Assembly (NCBI GenBank): GCA_965217865.1
Contig: CBDCJO010000002.1
Coordinates: forward strand, 5,152,001-5,216,000
Origin: Candidatus Latescibacterota bacterium
GTDB taxonomy: Bacteria; Latescibacterota; UBA2968; SICM01
Direction: 5' to 3'
Length of the DNA: 64,000 nucleotides
Shown here: positions 31,788 to 41,586 of the stretch, piece after piece
Numbering within the stretch: position 1 is the stretch's first letter
Layout of the letters: each line of letters opens with the position of its first letter
Notes under the pieces: model-generated
Told to the model about the DNA's origin: nothing
What the model saw: only the letters and a program-made list of their open reading frames with translations
Database searches by the model: none
Program-made: the position numbers and the translations under genes

Positions 31788-33809
31788 ATGAGAGAAAAAT
31801 TGAAACATCCCACTCCTCAAATCGCTCTAGGCCGGGCAGATTGGGGCAACTTCGATAAGGCCGTTGCTAAAGAATGGCTGGTCACAAACGGAATAGGGGG
31901 GTTCGCTTCGGGGACCCTCTGCGGAGCCAATACCCGCCGTTATCACGGTTTGCTCGTGGCCGCCCTGCGTCCACCTCAAGAGCGGACCATGCTGGTTGCA
32001 AAGATCGATGGGTCCGCAATCTACAACGGTAGGGCCTATTCTCTTTTTTCCAACGAGTTCGCTGACGGCACCATCGATCCACACGGATACCGGTACCTCG
32101 AAATGTTTCATCTGGAGGGGCTGATCCCGGTATGGACGTATGCGCTGGCCGATGCGCGCCTGGAAAAATACGTCTGGATGGCACACGGTCACAATACGAC
32201 CTATATCGTGTATTCCCTGAATCGAGCATCAAATCCGCTCTCTCTGCGGCTGACCCCCCTGTGTACGTACCGCGACTATCACAGCCACACGCACGGGAGT
32301 TGGCCTTTAGGCGTATCGTCTGTCGCCGGAGGGTTTGAAATCAAGGCCTTCGACAACGCCCAGCCCTACCGGATCCTGGCCGGTCCGGGTGATTTTAGCC
32401 CCGATGAAGCCTGGCACTGGAATTTCAAACATCGGACCGAGAGCGCACGCGGACTTGACGACACAGAGGACCTGTTCGCACCAGGCCTTTTTTATGCAAC
32501 CCTCCATCCAGGTGAGACACTCACCCTTATCTGTTCGACCGAGCGGATCGAGCCCCATACTGGAAACGAACCCCTCCGGCAGGAGCGGGAACGTCAGGCA
32601 GCTCTTTTACGGGATTTATCGCCAGATGATCCGGGATGGATCAATCAGCTGACACTGGCGGCGGACCAATTTATCGTGCAGCGGGAGGCCGGGAGAGATG
32701 TGAAACAAAGGGGCGCGACCGTCATCGCCGGCTATCCCTGGTTTGGAGACTGGGGACGGGATACCATGATCGCCTTGCCTGGCTTGACCCTCGCGACGAA
32801 ACGACCCGAGGTCGGTGCCAGCATCCTGCGAACTTTTTCTGAACACGTCACCCGTGGGATGTTACCCAACCGCTTCCCTGATGTTGGTGAGGCCCCGGAT
32901 TACAATACGGTTGATGCCACGCTCTGGTACTTCCACGCGATCCATAGGCACTTGCTCCACACCGATGACATAACTCTGGCTGAAGAACTCTACCCGACTC
33001 TGGTGGACATCATCGACTGGCACGAACGGGGCACCCGTTTTGACATTCACGTGGATCCTGAGGATGGCCTGCTGTTTGCCGGTGAGGAAGGAACTCAACT
33101 GACGTGGATGGATGCCAAAGTGGACGACTGGGTGGTCACCCCCCGAATCGGCAAGCCGGTCGAGATCAATGCTCTATGGCACAATGCCCTGAGGGTGACT
33201 GCAGATCTTTCGAAGCGGCTGAACAAAGCGGAAGCTGCGGATCGCTACCACGAACAGGCGGACCGGGTTGCCGCCAGCTTTAAAAAGGCCTTCTGGTTCG
33301 AGGCGGGCGGGTATCTATATGACGTGATCGACGGTCCGGATGGAGACACTGTTGAAACGGGGAAGCGGTGCGACCGGAGCCTGCGACCGAACCAGATTTT
33401 CGCAGTCTCTCTGCCTTTCGCCTTGCTGGACGACGATCAGGCAAGGGCCGTGGTCGATGCCTGCGACCGTCATCTGCTGACTTCTCACGGTTTACGCAGC
33501 CTGGCGGATGGAGACCCGGCATACGTCGGGCACTACGGTGGTGATCCGCTCCAACGCGATGGGGCATACCATCGAGGGACGGTCTGGGCCTGGCTGCTCG
33601 GACCGTTCATCGCCGCCCACTATCGGGTTTACGGCGATGTTGCGGTTGCCCGGTCTTTCTTGAGGGGCCTTGAACACCAGCTGGGGGACGCCTGCCTGGG
33701 CTCGATCAGCGAAATCTTTGACGGGGATCCCCCAAACACGCCGGAGGGATGTTTTGCCCAGGCCTGGAGTGTGTCGGAAGTGCTGAGCGTATGGCGGGAG
33801 CTGACCTGA
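31788..33809 (+). CDS. Glycogen debranching enzyme / amylo-alpha-1,6-glucosidase (archaeal-type GDE)
   Basis: EWLVTNGIGG, AGYPWFGDWGRD, TWMDAK, AYHRGTVW and QAWSV motifs. Confidence 0.93.
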   Translation: MREKLKHPTPQIALGRADWGNFDKAVAKEWLVTNGIGGFASGTLCGANTRRYHGLLVAALRPPQERTMLVAKIDGSAIYNGRAYSLFSNEFADGTIDPHGYRYLEMFHLEGLIPVWTYALADARLEKYVWMAHGHNTTYIVYSLNRASNPLSLRLTPLCTYRDYHSHTHGSWPLGVSSVAGGFEIKAFDNAQPYRILAGPGDFSPDEAWHWNFKHRTESARGLDDTEDLFAPGLFYATLHPGETLTLICSTERIEPHTGNEPLRQERERQAALLRDLSPDDPGWINQLTLAADQFIVQREAGRDVKQRGATVIAGYPWFGDWGRDTMIALPGLTLATKRPEVGASILRTFSEHVTRGMLPNRFPDVGEAPDYNTVDATLWYFHAIHRHLLHTDDITLAEELYPTLVDIIDWHERGTRFDIHVDPEDGLLFAGEEGTQLTWMDAKVDDWVVTPRIGKPVEINALWHNALRVTADLSKRLNKAEAADRYHEQADRVAASFKKAFWFEAGGYLYDVIDGPDGDTVETGKRCDRSLRPNQIFAVSLPFALLDDDQARAVVDACDRHLLTSHGLRSLADGDPAYVGHYGGDPLQRDGAYHRGTVWAWLLGPFIAAHYRVYGDVAVARSFLRGLEHQLGDACLGSISEIFDGDPPNTPEGCFAQAWSVSEVLSVWRELT

Positions 33810-33957
33810 GGTTTACATGGAAGGTGTCACGCGGGAAGAGTTGAAAGTCATGGATTGTGATGAAATATACTGGACAAAAACGTCCTATCACGCCTTTTCG
33901 CACAAGTCGAACGGGTAAAAGCCACCCTGTCTGACCGGGTGCCGAAGGGAGATTTCA

Positions 33958-34970
33958 ATGCAAACAATAGAGCGATATGATGCGATCATCATCGGCACGG
34001 GACAATCCGGACCTTCCCTGGCAGCGGACCTGGCCGACGCAGGAAAACGGGTGGCGATTATCGAGCGGGGGCGGTTCGGGGGCACCTGCGTGAATACCGG
34101 CAGCACCTGATCATCATCGGCGGGAGCTATATCGGGTTGGAGTTCGCTCAAATGTATCGGCGATTTGGCAGCGAGGTGACAGTCGTCGACAGGAATTCAC
34201 ACTTGATCGCAAGGGATGATGAAGACATTTCCGATGCGGTCCGCGACATCGTGGAAAACGAGGGGATCAACATCCGGCTAGAGGCTGAATGCATTACGGG
34301 GGAGAATCGGGGAGATCAGGTCCTGGTCAAACTCGATTGCGAGCGTGGGGACAGGGCGGTGGCCGGATCGCATCTCCTGCTTGCGGTTGGGAGGACGCCC
34401 AATACGCAAGACCTGGGGTTGGAAAAGGCGGGGATCGAAGTCGACGAGCGCGGTTACATTGTCGTGGATGACCAGCTCCGCACCAGCGTGCCCGGGGTCT
34501 GGGCGTTGGGCGACTGCAACGGGAAGGGGGCTTTTACCCACACTTCATACAACGATTACGAGATCGTTGCCGCCAATCTGCTCGAGGAAGATCCGCGCCG
34601 TGTGAGCGACCGTATCCTCGCCTATGCCCTGTACATCGACCCGCCGTTGGGACGCGTCGGGATGACGGAAGCCGAGGTCCGTAAGTCCGGGCGCAAAGCC
34701 CTGATCGGGAAAAGGCCGATGACGAAGGTGGCCCGGGCGGTGGAGAAGGGAGAAACACAGGGTTTTATGAAAATCCTGATAGATGCCGAGACCAAGGAGA
34801 TTCTGGGTGCGGCGATACTGGGAATCGGGGGGGACGAGATCATCCATTCGATCCTCGATATCATGTATGCCAGGGCACCATACACGGTGATCCAGCGAGC
34901 CATGCACATCCACCCTACGGTGTCAGAACTGATCCCGACTATGCTGGGCGAGCTCAAACCCCTGGAATAA
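33958..34970 (+). pseudogene. FAD-dependent pyridine nucleotide-disulfide oxidoreductase (RclA/MerA-like) with an internal frameshifting deletion
   Basis: MQTIERYDAIIIGTGQSG..GGTCVNTG is joined directly at about 34100 to HLIIIGGSYIGLEFAQ in another frame; the C-terminus ends HIHPTVSE. Confidence 0.85.
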
Positions 34971-35282
34971 CGCACATCGGGTCCGGAAAACGTGCAACTT
35001 TCAGGATTTCAAAGCGTTTATACTTCAAATCACTCTTGTTGTGAACGATCGCGCAAATGTTGTGCTGAAAATCACACAACCATATAAGTGATTGTTAACA
35101 AAAAAATAACGAATTTAAAGATCTTAAAATTGTGTGATTTAAAACTTTAGGAGAAGATCCACGACTCAGGATGGTCTGGCTTTTCCTTTATGGTTTTTCG
35201 TATAAATAGTATAGTTTTCAAATAGATGAACTCCACCTACTCCTTCTTCTGACGAAATGTCGGAATCCGGCATAGTTTTTCC

Positions 35283-36485
35283 ATTCTGTATTCACTTTCC
35301 AATTATCTCGGGAAGGTGGTGTTCGTCAACTTCATCGGGTGGAGTTGACCGCATTGCATCACGGACGGTCCGCCCGTGGAAAAGAACATCTGGCAGAGAT
35401 TTAAGGATGAGGAGTTCCAGGCCCTGGGCGTCGAGATATGGGATGGGGGGGCCGCAGATGTGAATAGATTTTTCGTTGGGCTTACGAAAACAACTTACCC
35501 CGTCCTGTTAAAGGGAGGCCGCGTTGGGGCCCAATATGGTGTGGATCGTGCCACTTACATGGTAATGGACCAGGAGGGCATCGTTCGTTACCGGTCGGAA
35601 GGGAGACTCGGGCAACGCTACGACGAAGAGACTCTGATTTCAGTTATTCAGATTCTGTTGACCCCGGCGAATACCCCCCCGCGTATCGTCAATCCAATAC
35701 CGGACCAGGGCGGGGTCGGGATCAATACCATCAGGATCGACCTGGAAGGTTTCGTAGAGGACACGGAGGAGGGTCCCGCCAATCTGAACTGGCACGCAGA
35801 TGGGTTCGATCCCGAACTGATCATTGTCGGAGGACAGATGTCTGCAGGTCCACTGAAGTTCACACCCAGGCAGGATGCGCTGGGTCGAAATTTCAACATC
35901 TTGTTGATCGTGACGGACAGCAAGGGGGCCACGGCGGAGCAAGAGATCGCGCTTCGTCGGCTTCCGGCCGTTTTGTCCATCTCATCGGAAAATTTGAACT
36001 TCGGAGATGTGTTTGTGGGTTCCTCCCAGACCCTGAAGTTGAAGGTGTCGAACGAAGCTGAATCCGACGGGGAGGACCTGACTGTCGATCTGGCTTCCGT
36101 CAGTCCGACCTTCAGCGTTCCGGGCTCATCGGTGACGGTTCCTGCGGGAGAGTCCCGGGAGATCTCGATCGTGTATCGGCCGACAGAGGCGATATCATCC
36201 TCCGGAGAGCTGACGTTTTTGACGAACGATCCGGACCGAGAGTCGTTTGGAGTGTCTTTAACGGGGGTGGGATTGACCCCTCTGGATCTCCAGGTGGCCG
36301 TCACGGATTCGGATTTCGACGGGGACGGAAGGATCGACTTCGACGATTTCTTTTTGTTCGCAGGGGCGTTCGGGGGAACGAATCCTCTGTTCGACCTGGA
36401 CAGAAGCGGTCGCGTGGACCTGGACGATTTGTTTATCTTCGCGACTGATTTCGGGAAGATGGCAAAACCAGACGATGGACGATAA
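35283..36485 (+). CDS. Selenoprotein redoxin (UPHC) + Ig-like + ASH/choice-of-anchor D + EF-hand/dockerin-like tail; 5' end truncated or frameshifted
   Basis: In-frame YSLSNYLGKVVFVNFIGWS-TGA(35346-48)-PHC continues into track ORF 35376-36485; paralog of 36845-38182; no clean start or signal peptide. Confidence 0.75.
35360..35378 (+). promoter_or_regulatory. SECIS-like hairpin
   Basis: CACGGACG-GTC-CGCCCGTG starts 11 nt after the UGA. Confidence 0.7.
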
Positions 36486-36844
36486 AACCCTTCCGCTCAT
36501 CCCCACCGGAATACAGAATACAGAAGACAGGAGTCAGAAGAAAACCTTAATTCAAATCAGTCGGCGAGACATGAGAGTTCAGACGTGAGACGTGAAACGG
36601 CAAAAGGCAGTAGCAGGTGGCAGTGGCAGGAATGGCAAAGGCAGGGGTCAGAAGTCGGAGGTCGGGGAAATCGTAGCTTCGACGGAGTTTATCCTGAGCT
36701 AGTCGAAGGGCTCAGGACGTGGCTTTCCCAGAACGGGAAGGGGAAAATGGCCGTTAATTTAGCAAAATGTCAACCACAAGGTCGGAGGAAATCGAAGATC
36801 GACTTTAGACCAGAACGAGTACCGATAAGGGAAAACGGTTCGGT

Positions 36845-38182
36845 ATGAAAAGGGTCATTTGGTTATTCATAGGGCTGGTCTTCTGGTCTGCAGGACCGAA
36901 CGCACCTGCCGTCTCCGCGGTGAGGGTTGGGGAAAACGCTCCGGATTTCACGTTGAAGGGGTTGGATAACAGGAATTATTCCCTGTCCGACTACCGTGGA
37001 AAGGTGGTGTTCGTCAACTTCTTCGGGTGGAACTGACCGCATTGTATAACGGACGGTCCGTCCGTTGAGAATAAAATCTGGCAGCGGTTTAAGGATCAGG
37101 AGTTTCAAGCCATCGGCGTTGATGTGTGGGACGGAAATCCGGATGGCGTAACGAAATTTTTCGTCGGGTTGACCAAGTCGACCTATCCGGTTCTAACCAA
37201 AGGCGGCCGGGTGGGGAGCCAGTACAGATTGGGCAACAATCACTTCATCGTTATCGATCAGGGGGGAGTTGTCCGATGGGTGTCGTCGGGAAGTCTTGGC
37301 AGTCGCTTCAATGAGAATGCCATCGTCTCCACCATCCAGTCTTTGCTTCCTCCTCCGAATACCCCACCAACCATCACCTCGTCGATTCCCGACCAGTCCG
37401 GTTCCGGGACAGAACCCATCGAGATCGACCTGGCTTCATTCGTTTCAGACGAAGAGGACGGCCCTCAAGATCTAATGTGGCGCGCCGAGGGATTCGATCC
37501 GGAGTTGATCGGGGTCACGGAAAATGGAACCGAAGGAGGGATGCTGAGTTTCACACCCAAGCCTGAGGTGCTGGGCCAGGATATTTCGGTTCTGTTGATC
37601 GTATCGGATACTCAGGGGGGTACCGCGGAGCAGTCGATCATCCTTCGGTGGACATTCCTGCCCGCGGTCCTGTCGGTCTCGATGGAGGATCTTAACTTCG
37701 GGAGCGTTTACGTCGGTTCCTCTCGGACTCTAAATTTGATCGTATCGAATGGAGCAGGTCCGGGTGGGGAGGACCTGGAAATTAGACCCTCCTCCGAGAG
37801 TTCGTCCTTCAGTATCGGGGACTCGTCCGTCTCGGTTCCGGCCGGAGAATCCCGGGAGATCTCAATCGTGTACCGGCCGATTGACGAGGTCATGTCTACC
37901 CACGAATTGACGTTCTTGACGAACGATCCCGAACACGAAGTGTTCGGGGTGTCCTTAACGGGATCGGGTCTGCCCCCGCTGGACATCCAGGTTGCTGTTT
38001 CGGATACTGATTTCGATGGGGACGGGAGGATCGATTTCGACGATTTCTTTATGTTCGCGGCGGCCTTCGGAGGAACGGATCCGGTTTTTGATCTGAATAA
38101 GAGCGGCCGTGTGGACTTCGACGATTTTTTTATCTTTGCGACTGACTTTGGAAAAATTGCGAAACCAGACGATGGACCATGA
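36845..38182 (+). CDS. Secreted selenoprotein: AhpC/TSA-TlpA redoxin (U64xxC) + Ig-like + ASH + EF-hand/dockerin-like tail (445 aa)
   Basis: Signal peptide, APDFTL..GKVVFVNFFGWN-TGA(37034-36)-PHC; the frame continues uninterrupted into track ORF 37124-38182. Confidence 0.88.
37048..37066 (+). promoter_or_regulatory. SECIS-like hairpin
   Basis: AACGGACG-GTC-CGTCCGTT perfect stem starting 11 nt after the UGA, with G in the loop. Confidence 0.8.
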
Positions 38183-38350
38183 AAGGCTGTCAAACGTGAG
38201 ACGTGAAACGGTAAAAGGCAGTAGCAGTAGCATGTGGCAGCAACATTCATTTGCCGGGAGAAGTAAAGTGATTTATATTATCGATAACCTCCTTCCCGTT
38301 CCTCATACCCTTGGGATTTCAAAATAGCCGGGTATCAGGAGGGCCGTCAA

Positions 38351-39259
38351 ATGCGGACAATGTTGATCGCTATTTCGACGATTCTGATCGGGTTCTCGGT
38401 TGCACAAGCATCCCCGTGGACATTGCCCAGGGGGGAGTTTTACGCACGGGGAACCGCCCTGGGTTCCCGATCCCGATGGCAGTTCAATAACGACTCGAAC
38501 AGGGTGAAGTTTCTGAATAATGGGCTCAGTCGAATGGTCGGGACTGCCGTCGACGGATCCTTCGGACTTCGTGATGACCTGATGGTCTCGATCGGAGTTC
38601 CCGTCATATTCTACGGTCTCCGGGATGATGATATCCAGGAGGAGGGTTTGAGCTTGGGGGATATCCGAATTTCAAGCCGATATCGTTTGTTTTCCAAAGG
38701 CCTGGTCGTGTCCCTGGAGGCGGGGGTGAAATTTCCCTCGGCCACACAGGTGGATCCTGCACGGGTACAGGTTGGTGAGGGGCAATACGACTTCGACGGC
38801 CTCGTTTCCTTCGGGTTTCTCTGGCCTTCAAAGGAAGGGTATTCAAGTATTGATGCGGGATATCGCATCCGCCGGAGGAGTGAGAAGACTGCGTTTAAAC
38901 CGGGAAATGAATTTATCTACCGGTTCGAAAGCGGATATCAGGCTGGCGACCGGGTTTCAATGCGGTTGAGCCTGGACGGATTCAAGAGTGAGATGGGGAA
39001 TACGGAGGTGTTCGGTGTTGCCGTTCCTACCCGCTTCTCAAATCGAAATCTCCTGGCGGTTGTGCCCGGCATCACACTGGCTGTAAAGGATAAACTTGGC
39101 CTGGATATGAACATCAACATCCCGGTTCTGGGACGGAACTATTATGCCGGAAGTCAGTTTTTTATCGGCCTTTCGTATAACAGCCTCGGGGTCCGGGCGT
39201 CGCTCAATCAATCTACCATCTCCGCTCCCCAGGGAGGATCGTGCTGCAGGATCCAGTAA
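38351..39259 (+). CDS. Outer-membrane beta-barrel 'transporter' (MetA-pathway/COG4313-like) with Cys-Cys C-terminal extension
   Basis: Signal peptide (AQA), alternating amphipathic strands, 'SLGDI', 'GEGQYD' and 'PGNEF' motifs; ends GGSCCRIQ. Confidence 0.65.
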   Translation: MRTMLIAISTILIGFSVAQASPWTLPRGEFYARGTALGSRSRWQFNNDSNRVKFLNNGLSRMVGTAVDGSFGLRDDLMVSIGVPVIFYGLRDDDIQEEGLSLGDIRISSRYRLFSKGLVVSLEAGVKFPSATQVDPARVQVGEGQYDFDGLVSFGFLWPSKEGYSSIDAGYRIRRRSEKTAFKPGNEFIYRFESGYQAGDRVSMRLSLDGFKSEMGNTEVFGVAVPTRFSNRNLLAVVPGITLAVKDKLGLDMNINIPVLGRNYYAGSQFFIGLSYNSLGVRASLNQSTISAPQGGSCCRIQ

Positions 39260-39315
39260 TCGGAAGGATTCCGGAGAAAATTTGTAGAAGGCAATTCATC
39301 AGATCGGAGGTTATT

Positions 39316-39843
39316 GTGAAGTTTCCAAAGGTGATGGTGATTCTTCTTTTAATCGGGATGTTCTCCGTGCTTGGGGCACCTGTCTGGGCAAAGCCGTCGG
39401 TCTCCCGGGGGGATACGCTCACGGATTTCTCACTGAAGAGCATCGACGGCAAGGCCTTCCGACTGAGTGAAACCTATGGCAATAAAAAGGGACTCATCCT
39501 GACGGTGGGTGCGAGCTGGTGAGGGACCTGCCGGGCGGAGGTCTCCATCCTGAAAGATGTTTATAAGAGTTATACTCCAAAGAATATCGAGATGCTGTAT
39601 ATCAGCGTGGAGAGCAGGGAAAAAGCATCCGCTTACGCGAAGAAGAAAGAACTTCCCTATACCGTGCTTGTTGACGAGAATGCGGCGGTTGCGAAGAAAC
39701 TGGGTGTCTCGGCCATCCCCGCCCATTTCATACTCGATGCAGAGGGAAAGGTCCTCTTCAGCAATGTCGGAAAGCTCAAGAACCACGAAAAGTTGCTGAA
39801 CGAGCTGGTGGCGGAATTAGAAGCCGATAAGGAAAAGGGCTAA
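39316..39843 (+). CDS. Exported TlpA/redoxin selenoprotein (U69GTC, 175 aa)
   Basis: GGAGG RBS + GTG, signal peptide, DFSLKSIDGK..GASW-TGA(39520-22)-GTCRAE continues into ORF 39592-39843 (GVSAIP..ILDAEGK). Confidence 0.88.
39523..39545 (+). promoter_or_regulatory. SECIS-like hairpin
   Basis: GGGACCT-G-CC-GGGC-GG-AGGTCTC stem-loop immediately after the UGA. Confidence 0.65.
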
Positions 39844-39867
39844 CCCGCATTCCTGCGTCTCCTTTCG

Positions 39868-39922
39868 AAAAAAAAGGGTTGTTGATCTCAGGCTGAACGG
39901 CCGGATGAACGCCCTTTTTTTT
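39868..39922 (+). terminator. Probable (bidirectional) intrinsic terminator closing the selenoprotein cluster
   Basis: A-run-GGG...CCC-T-run flanking an imperfect stem. Confidence 0.6.
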
Positions 39923-40060
39923 GTGTGTGACGAAGGTCCGTTTTTACATAAGGTTTGAGTGAAAGGTGTTATATTCTGGTTAGCCGAAGCTCTTCAACTA
40001 TTCAGATATCGATGTCGTGGCCTTTGGCCCTTACAGATAAACTTGCAGGAGGACGCGAAA

Positions 40061-41353
40061 ATGTCCGGATGGAAGTACAATACGATCGTCTACCAGCGGG
40101 AAGGCTGGTTGACCGATTTTCCGAGGATGTCGGTGGATGAGAACGACAGGATCACGGTTTGGTTCAATTCCCGAAAGATTATGCCCGGGTGGAACATGCA
40201 CGCAACGGCTGGGCGAGAGTGCTTCTCGGTCCGTATGCGCTCTCTGGACAAGGGCCTCACCTGGGAGTTGGCGTCAAAAGAACCTCTGCCCGGCCCTGAC
40301 GATGGGGGCAGACCTCGAAAGGATCTCTCCATTGCAACGGCTCGACTCTCGGACGGCTCCCTTGTGTATCTACAGTCCAGGTGGATATTCACTTCCGAGT
40401 CTGAAGCGGAAGAGTTGAAGAAAACAACCCACGTCCTGGAAGGAGCTGGACCCGGACAGGTGGCATACATGTCAAGAGTACACTGCTACCGGTTAACCGA
40501 CGGGGGCAGGACGTGGGACGATCGAGAACTGACGGAGATCGAGCCTTTCTATGTACTATCGGCGTGGGGTGGTGCCACCGGTACAGGCTGGATTGTGCTG
40601 GACGACGGCACGGTGATGGGCACGATGGAGGGAAAGTCGTCTCGTGATCAGGAACGCTGGATGACGTACATCCTTTCTTCAGGCGACTTCGGGAAGACCT
40701 GGAAGGCGAGTCCGGTCCCTTATGATCCGGCCGACCCCAGAGAATATGTGGAGTGCAGTATGATTCGGCTGAAGAGCGGCCGGATCCTGCTCGCGGCACG
40801 GAACCACGTGAAAGGCGTGAAGATTCAGGTGGCGTGGTCGGACGATAATGGAAAGACGTGGAGGCCTTTCCGCGAGACGGAAATGCTGGGCTACCCACCC
40901 CATTTGCTGGAGCTGAGGGATGGGAGGGTGCTGTGCACGTACGGGCGGCGCTTTCGTCCGTTCGGAATTCGGGGGTGTCTCTCCCCAAACGGGGGGGAGA
41001 CCTGGGACGCCGATAACGAGATCGTGATCGAGGACAACGGACCGGAGACCTACCTCATGTCGGGCGGGGTCGGGTATCCAATGTCGGCGCAGCTTTCGGA
41101 TGGGACGATCGTTACCGTGTACTACGACACAAAACCTGCGGAGATCGAGGGAGAATACGTTGCCAAGGGATGGAGACCGCAACCCGGACATGACTATTCT
41201 TTCTGCGGTGTCCCGTACATCGGCCTTGCCCGTTTCACCGCGGAATATGTGCGTCCCATCGGTCCGGAACCTGGAGACCCCACGGCACTTCCGTCCACGA
41301 AGAAAGAGATCGCACCGGATCAGGCGAAGATCTATGCCGCCACGGATATGTGA
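40061..41353 (+). CDS. Sialidase/BNR-repeat family protein
   Basis: Asp-boxes SLDKGLTW, TDGGRTW, SGDFGKTW, SDDNGKTW and SPNGGETW; RBS GGAGG before ATG 40061. Confidence 0.88.
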   Translation: MSGWKYNTIVYQREGWLTDFPRMSVDENDRITVWFNSRKIMPGWNMHATAGRECFSVRMRSLDKGLTWELASKEPLPGPDDGGRPRKDLSIATARLSDGSLVYLQSRWIFTSESEAEELKKTTHVLEGAGPGQVAYMSRVHCYRLTDGGRTWDDRELTEIEPFYVLSAWGGATGTGWIVLDDGTVMGTMEGKSSRDQERWMTYILSSGDFGKTWKASPVPYDPADPREYVECSMIRLKSGRILLAARNHVKGVKIQVAWSDDNGKTWRPFRETEMLGYPPHLLELRDGRVLCTYGRRFRPFGIRGCLSPNGGETWDADNEIVIEDNGPETYLMSGGVGYPMSAQLSDGTIVTVYYDTKPAEIEGEYVAKGWRPQPGHDYSFCGVPYIGLARFTAEYVRPIGPEPGDPTALPSTKKEIAPDQAKIYAATDM

Positions 41354-41586
41354 TCGGCCAGGGTCAGGGGTCGGAGGCCGGAGGTCAGGGAAGGAAAAGC
41401 CGTGAAACGTGAGACGTAAACGGGAAAAGCAAAAGGCAGTAGAAGGTGGCAGTAGCAGGAGAGGCAAAGGCATGGGTCAAGAGAGGAAACAGGGTTTAGA
41501 GGTCGGGGGTCAGGGGTCAGGCAAAAGTTCAGTTGTGGCGGGATTCAGATTTGCCAGGCAATTAGCGTGCAAAGGAGGATGTGATT

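Noticed and set aside
34137-34970. Functional mercuric reductase merA
   Set aside because: No C-terminal Cys-Cys, redox-active disulfide deleted, no mer genes nearby.
35061-35076. CRP/FNR-type site TGTGC-N6-TCACA upstream of the selenoprotein cluster
   Set aside because: Single imperfect match in AT-rich DNA with no defined promoter; too weak to call.
35346-39522. Genome-wide UGA reassignment (Trp/Gly)
   Set aside because: Many intact genes end in TGA, and the in-frame TGAs occur only at catalytic Cys positions.
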